Assembly (NCBI GenBank): GCA_035557715.1
Contig: DATMDQ010000121.1
Span: 16,962 to 80,961 of the forward strand
From: Gemmatimonadales bacterium
GTDB lineage: Bacteria > Gemmatimonadota > Gemmatimonadetes > Gemmatimonadales > GWC2-71-9
Length of the DNA stretch: 64,000 bases
Direction: 5' to 3'
Below, one piece after another: positions 46,378-55,039 of this stretch. The notes under the pieces were generated by a model, which searched no databases, was not told where the DNA came from, and saw only the letters and a program-made list of their open reading frames with translations. A program made the position numbers and the translations under genes. How positions within the stretch are numbered: the first letter of the stretch is position 1; every line of letters begins with the position of its first letter.

Positions 46378-47583
46378 ATGAGCCCCATCGCCCGCGACAC
46401 GGGCATCGTCTTCCTGTCAGGCGTACGCACCGGATTCGGCACTTTTGGCGGCGCCCTCAAGGATCTCTCCGCCACCGACCTCGGCACCATCGCGGCCAAG
46501 GGGGCGCTGGCCCGGAGCGGTGTAGAGGCCTCCAGCGTCGATCACGTAGTTTTCGGCAACGTCCTCCAGACCTCGGCCGACGCCATCTATCTCGCACGCC
46601 ATGTGGGACTTCGCTCCGGCCTCCCCATCGAAACCCCCGCGGTTACCGTCAACCGGCTGTGTGGGTCGGGTTTTGAGGCCGTGGCCCAGGCGGCGCAGCA
46701 GATCGTGCTGGGCCAGTCGCAGGTGGTGCTGGCCGGAGGCACCGAGTCGATGAGCCAGGCGCCGCACGTCGTCCGCGGTGCGCGCTGGGGCCTGAGGCTG
46801 GGTCCCTCGGCGCCGCTCGAGGACAGCCTCTGGGAGGCATTGAGAGACTCCAGCTGCGGGCTCTCCATGGCAGAGACAGCCGAGAACCTGGCCACGAAGT
46901 ATCAGATCAGCCGGCAGGCGGTAGACTGCTACGCCGCCCGGAGTCAGGCTGCTGCCGCGGCAGGGTGGAAGGACGGCGCGTTCGCGGACGAGATCGTGCC
47001 GGTTCCCATCCACAACCGGAAGACGAAGCAGACCGACGACTGGGCCGCCGACGAGCACATGCGTCCCGGCACCACAGTCGAGGCCCTGGCCAAATTGCCG
47101 CCATACTTCAAGAAGGATGGCGTGGTCACAGCGGGCAACGCCTCGGGCATCTGCGACGGAGCCGCGGCGCTGGTCATGGCCAGCGAGCGCTTTGCCGGCG
47201 AGCGGGGGCTCCGGCCGATTGGACGCCTGCTTGCCTGGGCCAGCGTGGGCGTGGAGCCGGCCTACATGGGCATTGGCCCGGCGCCCGCGTCGCGAAAGGC
47301 GCTGGAACGGGCGGGACTGAAACTAGAAGACATGGATCTCGTCGAAGTGAACGAGGCGTTCGCCGCCCAGTACCTGGCGGTGGAAAAGGAGCTGGGTCTC
47401 GACCGGGAGCGCACCAACGTCGATGGAGGCGCCATTGCCCTGGGCCACCCGCTCGGGGCCAGCGGAGCGCGCATCACGCTCCATCTCCTGCACGCCCTCC
47501 GCCGCCGCCGTGGCCGGTACGGACTGGGCAGCGCCTGTATCGGTGGTGGTCAGGGAGCGGCAGTCATCGTCGAGGCCCTTTGA
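46378..47583 (+). CDS. Acetyl-CoA C-acetyltransferase (thiolase II)
   Basis: [44 protein letters not shown]. Confidence 0.92.
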   Translation: MSPIARDTGIVFLSGVRTGFGTFGGALKDLSATDLGTIAAKGALARSGVEASSVDHVVFGNVLQTSADAIYLARHVGLRSGLPIETPAVTVNRLCGSGFEAVAQAAQQIVLGQSQVVLAGGTESMSQAPHVVRGARWGLRLGPSAPLEDSLWEALRDSSCGLSMAETAENLATKYQISRQAVDCYAARSQAAAAAGWKDGAFADEIVPVPIHNRKTKQTDDWAADEHMRPGTTVEALAKLPPYFKKDGVVTAGNASGICDGAAALVMASERFAGERGLRPIGRLLAWASVGVEPAYMGIGPAPASRKALERAGLKLEDMDLVEVNEAFAAQYLAVEKELGLDRERTNVDGGAIALGHPLGASGARITLHLLHALRRRRGRYGLGSACIGGGQGAAVIVEAL

Positions 47584-47599
47584 GGGTGAGAGGGACATC

Positions 47600-48466
47600 A
47601 TGGACTTACTGATTCCGGCTGCGGCCATCGCGGTGCTTTACACCTTTCTCAGCCTCCGCGTGCTGCGTCAGTACGAGCGGGGCGTCACCTTCTTCCTGGG
47701 AAAGTTCTGGGGCACCAAAGGCCCAGGGCTGATCTTTCTGCCGGCCGGGTTCTCCAACCAGAAACGGGTCTCCCTGCGTATCGTCGCATTGGACATCCCG
47801 CCTCAGGATGTGATCACCCGGGACAACGTCTCGGTGAAGGTGAACGCCGTGCTGTACATGCGGGTGACGGATCCGGAACGGGCGGTCATCATCATCGAGG
47901 ACTATCTCTACGCCACCAGCCAGCTGGCCCAGACGACGCTGCGCTCGGTGCTGGGCGAGGTGGAGCTGGATGAGCTCTTGTCCGACCGCGAAAAGATCAA
48001 CGCGGTGCTCAAGAAGATTATCGACGAGCGCACCGAGGCCTGGGGCATCGAGGTCTCCGCAGTCGAAGTGAAGGATGTCGACCTGCCCGACCAGATGAAG
48101 CGGGCCATGGCGCGGCAAGCCGAAGCCGAACGGGAGCGCCGGGCCAAGGTGATCGCCGCGCAGGGCGAGCTCCAGGCCTCGGAGACCCTGGCTCAGGCGG
48201 CCGGGAACCTGGCGAAGGAGCCAACGGCTCTGCAGCTCCGCTATCTGCAGACGGTGGTCGAGATTGCCGCCGAGAATAACTCTACCACGATCTTCCCCAT
48301 CCCGATGGATCTCTTCCGCCCCTTCCTGACCCAGGCTGCCGCCGCGGCACCGCGGACGGAGGTAGCCTCGGTCGAGGCACCCGGCACCGCATTGCCCGCC
48401 TCCGACCTCTCCTCCCTGATGTCCCAGCTCCGCCTGCAGGCCGCTCGGACCGCCAAGCAGGAGTAG
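47600..48466 (+). CDS. SPFH/band 7 (stomatin-like) protein
   Basis: N-terminal TM, then [16 protein letters not shown]..., [17 protein letters not shown] and an [11 protein letters not shown] coiled coil. ATG at 47600 lies within the longer ORF. Confidence 0.9.
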   Translation: MDLLIPAAAIAVLYTFLSLRVLRQYERGVTFFLGKFWGTKGPGLIFLPAGFSNQKRVSLRIVALDIPPQDVITRDNVSVKVNAVLYMRVTDPERAVIIIEDYLYATSQLAQTTLRSVLGEVELDELLSDREKINAVLKKIIDERTEAWGIEVSAVEVKDVDLPDQMKRAMARQAEAERERRAKVIAAQGELQASETLAQAAGNLAKEPTALQLRYLQTVVEIAAENNSTTIFPIPMDLFRPFLTQAAAAAPRTEVASVEAPGTALPASDLSSLMSQLRLQAARTAKQE

Positions 48467-48467
48467 C

Positions 48468-49298
48468 ATGAGCGAGGGGACACCCGCTCGGATCGATCGC
48501 GCCGCCCTGGAGCGGATTATTCAACGCGCTGCCGAGCTGCAAACCGCGGAACGGGAGATGGGCGACAGCCTGACGTCTGACGAGCTGATGGCCCTGGGCC
48601 GCGAGGTTGGGATCCCGGGCCAGTATCTCCAACAGGCCATGCTGGAGGAGCGGACTCGTCTGGGTCAGGTCGGAGCTGCCGGCTTGTTCGAGCGGGTGAC
48701 CGGTCCGGGTCAGATTGCGGCGCAAAGAGTGGTTCGTGGTAATCCCGACGAGGTGGAGCGGGCGCTGCTCCGCTGGATCGAGAAGAATGAGCTACTCTGC
48801 GTGCAGCGGCAGCAGGCCGGCCGTATCACCTGGGAGCCGATCGGTGGGATGCAGGCGGCATTCCGAAGATCGACCGCGGCGCTCGGCACCGGCAAGCGCC
48901 CCTTCATGCTCTCCCGGGCCGCCACCGTCTCCGCCACAATCGTTCCCCTGGAGCCGGGGTTCGTTCACGTAGCCCTGTCGGCCGACACCCGAAAGGTGCG
49001 GAACGAGTATGTCGGAGCCGGAGCTGCGCTCGCAGGGGCCGGAATGGCCAGCACTGCTGCCTTGGTGGCCCTGGGGGCCCTGCTGCCGCTCGCCCTGCTT
49101 CCACTCCCCCTGGCTTTCGGGTTCGGCTACGGTGTGCTGCGCCGGTTCGCTCCCGCTGTCGCCCGCATCCAGCTCGGCCTGGAGCGCGCTCTCGATTTTC
49201 TGGAGCAAGGTGGCGCTACGCCACAGCATCAGCTGCCCGACCGAAATGCCGGAATCCTGGGGCTGCTGGCCGATGAAGTGCGAAAGGCGTTGAAATAA
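48468..49298 (+). CDS. Hypothetical membrane protein coupled to the SPFH gene
   Basis: Start lies 1 nt after the SPFH stop. Two C-terminal TM segments. Confidence 0.5.
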   Translation: MSEGTPARIDRAALERIIQRAAELQTAEREMGDSLTSDELMALGREVGIPGQYLQQAMLEERTRLGQVGAAGLFERVTGPGQIAAQRVVRGNPDEVERALLRWIEKNELLCVQRQQAGRITWEPIGGMQAAFRRSTAALGTGKRPFMLSRAATVSATIVPLEPGFVHVALSADTRKVRNEYVGAGAALAGAGMASTAALVALGALLPLALLPLPLAFGFGYGVLRRFAPAVARIQLGLERALDFLEQGGATPQHQLPDRNAGILGLLADEVRKALK

Positions 49299-49327
49299 GC
49301 TGTCATCCTGAGCGTAGCGAAGGATCT
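49299..49327 (+). repeat. Half copy of hairpin repeat family H2 (GCTGTCATCCTGAGCGWAGCGAAGGATCT)
   Basis: 28 of 29 nt identical to 54792-54820. The right half of the hairpin is absent here. Confidence 0.85.
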
Positions 49328-49349
49328 ACTTGACAATCAAAGGGGGTAG

Positions 49350-50231
49350 ATGAGCAGCATTAAGAAGGTGGGGGTCGTCGGCTGCGGACTCATGGGCAGC
49401 GGCATTGCCCAGGCGGCCGCGACGGCCGGGTTCGATACCGTCGTGCGCGATGTGGCCGAGCCGCTGCTGGAGCGAGGGCGCGCCGGCATCACCAAGTCAC
49501 TCGGGCGCCTGGTGGAGCGGGGCAAGCTCCCGGCGGAGACCCGGGAAGCCGCGCTGAGCCGGCTTCGGTTCGTGACTCAGCTATCTCAGCTCCGGGAATG
49601 CGACATCGTGATCGAGGCGGTCACCGAGGAGCTGACGCTGAAGAACTCCGTCTGGGATGAGCTGGACCGGGTCTGTGGTCCGAAGACGATCTTTGCCTCC
49701 AATACCTCCAGCCTCACCATCGCGTCGATGGCGGACTCCACATCCCGTGCAGACCGCTTCGTCGGCCTGCATTTCTTCAATCCGGTGCCGATGATGCCGC
49801 TGGTCGAGGTGGTTCGGACCGACACGACCAGCCGGGAGACGCTTCAGCGCGCGTTCGCCTTTGCTCGAGCACTGGGGAAGGAGCCGGTGGCGGCGGTGGA
49901 CCGGCCGGGCTTCATCGTGAACCTCCTGCTGGTTCCGTTCCTTCTCGACGCGGTGCGGGCACTGGAGCGCGGTGCCGCCTCGACCCAGGACATCGACCGC
50001 GCCATGCAGCTGGGCTGTGGGCATCCCATGGGGCCGCTCTCGCTGCTGGACTTCATTGGCCTGGACACCGTTGTCCGAATCGGCGACATCATGCTGGATG
50101 CCTACGGTGAGGATCGCTACGGCGCTCCGCCCCTGCTCCGGCGGATGGTTGCCGCCGGCCACCATGGCAAGAAAAGCGGCCGGGGGTTTTATGATTATGC
50201 GACGGATCCCCCGACCCCGGTGGCTACGTAG
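49350..50231 (+). CDS. hbd: 3-hydroxybutyryl-CoA dehydrogenase
   Basis: VGVVGCGLMGSGIAQ NAD loop, HFFNPVPMMPLVE, PGFIVNLLL. Confidence 0.9.
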   Translation: MSSIKKVGVVGCGLMGSGIAQAAATAGFDTVVRDVAEPLLERGRAGITKSLGRLVERGKLPAETREAALSRLRFVTQLSQLRECDIVIEAVTEELTLKNSVWDELDRVCGPKTIFASNTSSLTIASMADSTSRADRFVGLHFFNPVPMMPLVEVVRTDTTSRETLQRAFAFARALGKEPVAAVDRPGFIVNLLLVPFLLDAVRALERGAASTQDIDRAMQLGCGHPMGPLSLLDFIGLDTVVRIGDIMLDAYGEDRYGAPPLLRRMVAAGHHGKKSGRGFYDYATDPPTPVAT

Positions 50232-50284
50232 GGGCGACGCGTGCGTCGCCCTCCGCTGGCGGGCGAGGCACGCCTCGCCCCTAC
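50227..50284. repeat. Hairpin family H1, copies 2 (inverted) and 3 (direct), back to back
   Basis: 50227-50252 is the reverse complement of 30232-30257. 50261-50284 is the same motif with a paired C:G to G:C swap. The hbd TAG stop lies inside copy 2. Confidence 0.9.
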
Positions 50285-50300
50285 ACCTTCTGGAGACCAC

Positions 50301-50888
50301 ATGCTCGGATACGACTGGCCCCGCCTCCACGCACTCCTGAACGACCTCCCGATTGGCTTACTGCTCGCGGCCGTCATGTTCGACCTGCTGGCGGTCATCA
50401 CCAAGCGACCGGGGTTTCGGCAGGTGGGGGTCTGGACCATGCTGGTCGGCGCCGTCGGCGGCGCGCTGGCGGTTCTGTCCGGACTTCAGGCCGAAGAGCA
50501 CATCTCGCACGGCGATGCGGTGCACCGGGTGATGGAGACCCATGAGCAGCTCGGATTGATCACCCTGGCCGTGTTCGGGGTGCTCACCCTGTGGCGAATC
50601 GTGCGGGAGCACCGGATGGGCGCCGGGGAGCGGGCCCTGAGCCTGGTGCTCTCTCTGGTGGGCGTGGGATTCCTGTTCGCCACCGGTGTCTATGGAGGCA
50701 AGCTGGTGTTCGAGCACGGGGCGGGGATTCCGACCAAGGTGTTGCAGGGTGAGATACAGGAGAGAACCAAGGGGCATCATCACGACGCGGGTGAAGAGCA
50801 CGAGGAGGTCACTCGGGACTCAGCCGCTTCCGGCTCAGGCAGCGGCGATCACGTCGATCCGCCCGGCAGTCCCCCGCACACGCACTGA
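50301..50888 (+). CDS. DUF2231-like membrane protein with a His/acidic-rich tail
   Basis: LHALLNDLPIGLLLAAVMFDLL, 4 TM segments, and the tail HHHDAGEEHEE...PPHTH. Confidence 0.55.
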   Translation: MLGYDWPRLHALLNDLPIGLLLAAVMFDLLAVITKRPGFRQVGVWTMLVGAVGGALAVLSGLQAEEHISHGDAVHRVMETHEQLGLITLAVFGVLTLWRIVREHRMGAGERALSLVLSLVGVGFLFATGVYGGKLVFEHGAGIPTKVLQGEIQERTKGHHHDAGEEHEEVTRDSAASGSGSGDHVDPPGSPPHTH

Positions 50889-50891
50889 TCC

Positions 50892-51419
50892 GTGCGCTAC
50901 TCGCTGAGTCTGGTCTGCTTCGTGGCTGGTGTCGCCGCGTGCCAGCCGGCCACCACCAGGCCGCCCTTTCCTCCGTTACCCGAAGCCCCGGGGAGGGAAG
51001 TCCGCCTCCCGGTACCGATGGCTACCCGCCGGCTGGCGGAGGCTCTCAAGGCAGACTCAATCCCCACCCAGAAAGTCCGGCTTCGGGATGGCTACATCGA
51101 GACCCCGTGGTTCGAGGCCCGCAATGGCCGGCCGGCCGGGCAAAGCCGCGCGATCGGGACCGGCGTGGTTCGCATTCGAGCTTGGGCCGATCCGGCGCGG
51201 GCGGGTAGCTCGCAGCTCACGGTCGAGACACTCTACCGCCCTCGCGTGGACCCTTCTCTTCCGTACCGCGAGCTGGAGCGACAGGTGAGCCTCGACCACC
51301 CGGTAGCCAAGAAGGTTGACACTGCCTTGCAGAAGCTGGTGGAACGGTACGGCGGACCGCCGCTGCCTCAGGCGCAGCCCGCTAAAGTGCAGGCGCCTGC
51401 GGGTGGGGCAGGCGAATAG
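50892..51419 (+). CDS. Hypothetical lipoprotein
   Basis: MRYSLSLVCFVAGVAAC lipobox. GTG start. Confidence 0.45.
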   Translation: MRYSLSLVCFVAGVAACQPATTRPPFPPLPEAPGREVRLPVPMATRRLAEALKADSIPTQKVRLRDGYIETPWFEARNGRPAGQSRAIGTGVVRIRAWADPARAGSSQLTVETLYRPRVDPSLPYRELERQVSLDHPVAKKVDTALQKLVERYGGPPLPQAQPAKVQAPAGGAGE

Positions 51420-51463
51420 GCAGCCACGGATCAAGCGGAACAAAGCCGCAAGCTAAGCCACCG

Positions 51464-52258
51464 TCAGATTACGTACGCCCGCACCCACTCCTCCAGTTGC
51501 CCCAGATTCACCGACGCGTCCTTGCAGGGACCGGACGGCAGGGTCATGGTGAGTCCAAGCACCGGAATCTTCCCCGCCACGTCGTGCAAGCCGCTCACCA
51601 TGTCGCGCTCGCAGGCCACCGCGACCACGGCCCGCGGCCGGCGTTCCCGGATGACCCGCCGGGCCAGTTGACCTCTGGTGGCGACGAAGACGGGCACGCC
51701 GTAGCGCCCCGCGATCCCCAACACGCCATCCAGCGTAACCTTGGATAGACATCGGGGAATGAGCACCAGCAGCTCGCCGTGCCCGACCTTTCGCCCCCGC
51801 ATCATCGCCAGCGCGTTGTAGACCTTCACCGCCGCATTCTCCACCCAGTCGCGCCGGCCGAATCGATCGGCGACCCGCGAGGTGAGCCGCATCAGGCGAA
51901 GAAACGGGCCCCGCTCCGCCAGACTCTCGGGCAGCAGCGGACGGCCCATCTCATATGATAGGAAGAGCACGCCCCACCAGGCCCACAGCAGCGACCCGGT
52001 CACCAGCAGCGCGCCCCAGAGCACAGCGGGAGCCGATGGATGCGCCCCCGCGAACCGGGGAGCGAGTAGAAAGAGCCCGAGTGACGACACTCCGAGCCCG
52101 ACGGCGAGGGTGATCGCGGACCAGGCGAAGAACAGCGCCGGCGGGGAGTCGTAGTTGCCCTGGTTGGGAAGCGGGCGGCCATCCCACTCGTCCCATTCGT
52201 GCCCCAGACGGCGATCTACATCTATATGGATGAGCTGAGCGCGGGGACCCTCGGTCAT
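51464..52258 (-). CDS. DUF116-like membrane protein
   Basis: N-terminal TM segments, then LIPRCL...VVAVACERDMVSGL...SGPCKDASVNL, resembling DUF116 blocks. Confidence 0.55.
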   Translation of the reverse strand: MTEGPRAQLIHIDVDRRLGHEWDEWDGRPLPNQGNYDSPPALFFAWSAITLAVGLGVSSLGLFLLAPRFAGAHPSAPAVLWGALLVTGSLLWAWWGVLFLSYEMGRPLLPESLAERGPFLRLMRLTSRVADRFGRRDWVENAAVKVYNALAMMRGRKVGHGELLVLIPRCLSKVTLDGVLGIAGRYGVPVFVATRGQLARRVIRERRPRAVVAVACERDMVSGLHDVAGKIPVLGLTMTLPSGPCKDASVNLGQLEEWVRAYVI

Positions 52259-52286
52259 AGACGCTGAAGATACTTATCTTTGGCCC

Positions 52287-53957
52287 ATGCTGCCTCCTCC
52301 GCCTGTCCGGGGCGTCTACCGAACCGACGCGAGGGCCCGGGCCGCCTATGCCGAGGGAGCCGGCATCTATCGCATCCTTCCCCTGGCGATCTGCCGCGCT
52401 GCCGACTTCGAGGACCTGAAAACCCTGATCTCGTGGGCGTCCCAGCACCGCGTTCCGCTCGTCCCCCGCGGAGCAGGGAGCGCCATGGGTGGGGGGAACG
52501 TGGGTGCCGGCGTGGTCGTGGATCTGACCGGCACATCCGAGCGTCGGCTCGAGATCCATCCCGCGCGCCGCCGCGCCTTCACCAACGCGCGGATCACTCA
52601 CGCCGAGCTCGGCTCGGCCGCCGCACTTCACGGTCTGCGGCTACCCCCGGACCCGTCAAGCAGCCGGTGGGCCACGCTCGGCGGCATGGTCTCCACTAAC
52701 GCTGCAGGACCCAGATCGGTCCGATTTGGCAGCGTGCGCCGGTGGGTGGAGGCGCTCACGCTGGTGACAGCGGAGGGAGAGTCCGTGAGGCTGGCGCGCG
52801 GGAAAGCGGGGAAGCGGGGAAGCGGGGAAGCAGAACGGCTTCGCGTACCAGCGATCGAGCGCTTTCATCGCGATGCGGCGCCCCGGATTCAGGCTGCGTC
52901 CAAGCTCATCACCGATCGCTTTCCCAAGACCAGGAAGAATTCGTCGGGCTACGCCCTCGATGCCTACCTCGCCTCCGGCGACGTCCTGGATCTGATCATC
53001 GGGGCCGAGGGCACGCTTGGCATCGTCACCGAAATCGAATGGCGGCTGGATAAGGTGCCGGCGTTCCAGGCCGGGCTCCGGGTGCATCTGCCCTCGCTCC
53101 AACGCCTGGCCGACGTCGTCGGCGCCTTGAGCGAGTACGAGCCTTCCGCCCTGGAATTGCTGGATCGATCCTTTCTCGATCTCCTCGGAGAGGACCGGCT
53201 GTCGCGCGCAGGACTCGGCACTGACACGGAAGCCATAGTGTTGGTCGAGCTGGAGCGGGACGACGCCAGCGCCCTGCGCCAGGCCCTCAGTGAGGCTACC
53301 GATGCGGTATCGAGCTGGGCGACTACCGTCGATACGGCGTACTCCCCGCCCGAGGCGGAACAGCTTTGGGCCATTCGCCACGCGGCGAGCCCGATCCTGG
53401 CCGGGCTTCCGGATAGTCGGCGCTCGCTTCAGGTGATCGAGGACGGATGTGTGCCGGTCGAGAGGATGGGCGAGTACATCGCGACGGTTCGAGGGTCCGC
53501 GGCGGAGCACGACCTCCCGGTAGTGATGTTCGGCCACGCAGGCGATGGACACATTCATGTGAACCTGGTGCCGGAGCTGGCCCGCTACGGGTGGGAGGAG
53601 GCAGTTGACCACCTGTTCCACGAAGTCACCGCCGCCGTCATCCGCCTCGGCGGCACGCCGACGGGCGAGCACGGCGATGGGCGGCTCCGGGCCGGCACAC
53701 TGGTGGATACCTATGGCCCGGAGGTCCTGGATCTTTTCCGCCAGGTGAAGAAGGCCTTCGACCCACTCGGAATTTTCAATCCCGGGATTATTCTTCCGTC
53801 CGGCGAGCCGCCCCTTGGACAGTTGAAGGTCGGACCCGGCGCCGTATCTATCCCGGCCGATATTCAGCGAGCCCTCCGCGAGATCGAGGTTAGCGGAGGG
53901 TATGGGCGGAGTAGGTTGGACTTAGCAGGTGAAGAGGGTCTAGGGTCGAGGGTCTAG
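52287..53957 (+). CDS. FAD-linked oxidase (GlcD/D-lactate dehydrogenase-like)
   Basis: VPLVPRGAGSAMGGG FAD-binding PCMH-type N-domain. C-terminal FGHAGDGHIHVN and GEHGDG. Confidence 0.85.
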   Translation: MLPPPPVRGVYRTDARARAAYAEGAGIYRILPLAICRAADFEDLKTLISWASQHRVPLVPRGAGSAMGGGNVGAGVVVDLTGTSERRLEIHPARRRAFTNARITHAELGSAAALHGLRLPPDPSSSRWATLGGMVSTNAAGPRSVRFGSVRRWVEALTLVTAEGESVRLARGKAGKRGSGEAERLRVPAIERFHRDAAPRIQAASKLITDRFPKTRKNSSGYALDAYLASGDVLDLIIGAEGTLGIVTEIEWRLDKVPAFQAGLRVHLPSLQRLADVVGALSEYEPSALELLDRSFLDLLGEDRLSRAGLGTDTEAIVLVELERDDASALRQALSEATDAVSSWATTVDTAYSPPEAEQLWAIRHAASPILAGLPDSRRSLQVIEDGCVPVERMGEYIATVRGSAAEHDLPVVMFGHAGDGHIHVNLVPELARYGWEEAVDHLFHEVTAAVIRLGGTPTGEHGDGRLRAGTLVDTYGPEVLDLFRQVKKAFDPLGIFNPGIILPSGEPPLGQLKVGPGAVSIPADIQRALREIEVSGGYGRSRLDLAGEEGLGSRV

Positions 53958-54030
53958 GGTCTAAGACAACCCGGCATCGATCTCGACCCGCCTCTAGACT
54001 CTAGACTCTAGACCCTAGACTATCGAGACC
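53936..54030. repeat. Inverted heptamer arrays: (GGGTCTA)4 ... (TAGACYC)4
   Basis: Left arm 53936-53963 encodes the last residues and the stop of the oxidase. Right arm 53995-54030 ends at the thyX ATG. The arms are imperfectly complementary (about 1 mismatch per unit). Confidence 0.9.
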
Positions 54031-54783
54031 ATGGAAATCCTCCGATCCCCCCGCGTCACCCTGATCGCCCGGCCCCAGTTCATCGAGCCGGCCCACCTTC
54101 CGGTCCAATGGAAGGGCGAGTCGAGCGATGGAGAGCGGATTGCCGAGTTTGCGGGACGGCTCTGCTACATGAGCCAGCATAATCCCGCCGGCCGAACCAC
54201 CGCCGAGTATCTCCAGAACATCCTGCGCCAGGGCCACGGCTCGGTCTTCGAGCATGCAACCTACGTCATGCTCATCGAGGGGATCTCCCGCTCCTGCAGC
54301 CACGAGCTGGTCCGGCACCGGGCCGGCTGGGGCTTCTCCCAGCTGTCCCAGCGCTATGTGGACGAGTCCCACGCGGCGTTCGTCATGCCGCCCGCCATCA
54401 TGGGCGACCCCGACCTGGAGAAGCAGTGGACCGAACAGGTACAGGCGGCGCAGAAAGCCTACGTGGAGTCGGTCGAGCGGCTGATGGCCCGGTACGGGTG
54501 GGTGGAGGACAAGGTCCACCGCCGCAAGATGGCCCGCGAGGCTGCCCGCAGCGTCCTGCCCAACGCCACCGAGGTGAAGATCGTGGTCAGCGCCAATGTG
54601 CGAGCCTGGCGAACGATGCTGGAGCTGCGGCTGGGCGAGGGGGCCGAGCTGGAGATCCGGCGAATGGCCGTTGCCTGTCTCCGTGTGCTCCAGCAGGAGG
54701 CGCCGGCGTTGTTCGCAGACTTCGAGATCTACCGAACTACAGAGGGGAGCGAGGCAGGAAGGGTCGGATTCCATAAGGTCTAG
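54031..54783 (+). CDS. thyX: FAD-dependent thymidylate synthase
   Basis: ThyX signature RHRAGWGFSQLSQRY (RHRxxSxxxxSxR). Confidence 0.9.
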   Translation: MEILRSPRVTLIARPQFIEPAHLPVQWKGESSDGERIAEFAGRLCYMSQHNPAGRTTAEYLQNILRQGHGSVFEHATYVMLIEGISRSCSHELVRHRAGWGFSQLSQRYVDESHAAFVMPPAIMGDPDLEKQWTEQVQAAQKAYVESVERLMARYGWVEDKVHRRKMAREAARSVLPNATEVKIVVSANVRAWRTMLELRLGEGAELEIRRMAVACLRVLQQEAPALFADFEIYRTTEGSEAGRVGFHKV

Positions 54784-54791
54784 TCGGGCTC

Positions 54792-54868
54792 GCTGTCATC
54801 CTGAGCGAAGCGAAGGATCTCTCTGTCATCGGAGAGATCCTTCGGTCGTTTTACTCCCTCAGGATGAC
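54792..54868. repeat. Full copy of hairpin repeat family H2
   Basis: gtcatcctgag (54795-54805) pairs with ctcaggatgac (54858-54868). Inner pair gaaggatctctc with gagagatccttc. Confidence 0.85.
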
Positions 54869-54876
54869 AATCACCC

Positions 54877-54904
54877 CAGACTCCGGACTCCCGACTCCCG
54901 ACTC
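54877..54904. repeat. Four tandem heptamers CNGACTC (CAGACTC, CGGACTC, CCGACTC x2)
   Basis: Read directly from the sequence. The only partner on the left is a single AGTCGGG at 54782-54788, overlapping the thyX stop. Confidence 0.8.
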
Positions 54905-54998
54905 CTCCAAAAACTCATCCCGACTTCTTCCCCAAAAACTATTGTGGTATGAAAAACATTTTCTTACCTTAGATGCATCGATCGAAGGTACTCGTCTC

Positions 54999-55026
54999 GG
55001 CTCGTCTCTCGCAGACGGCCTTTTTT
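54999..55026 (+). terminator. Intrinsic-terminator-like hairpin with a T6 tract, 13 nt upstream of the ATP-grasp start
   Basis: ggc(t)cgtct-ctcgc-agacggcc followed by tttttt. Immediately followed by GAGGAAG and TTG 55040. Confidence 0.5.
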
Positions 55027-55039
55027 GTAGAGGAAGCCT

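Noticed and set aside
54905-55039. Possible lysine (L-box) riboswitch ahead of the kamA-containing operon.
   Set aside because: The region is too short and lacks the conserved L-box helices and motifs as far as I can recognise. It is kept only as an unclassified leader candidate in the findings.
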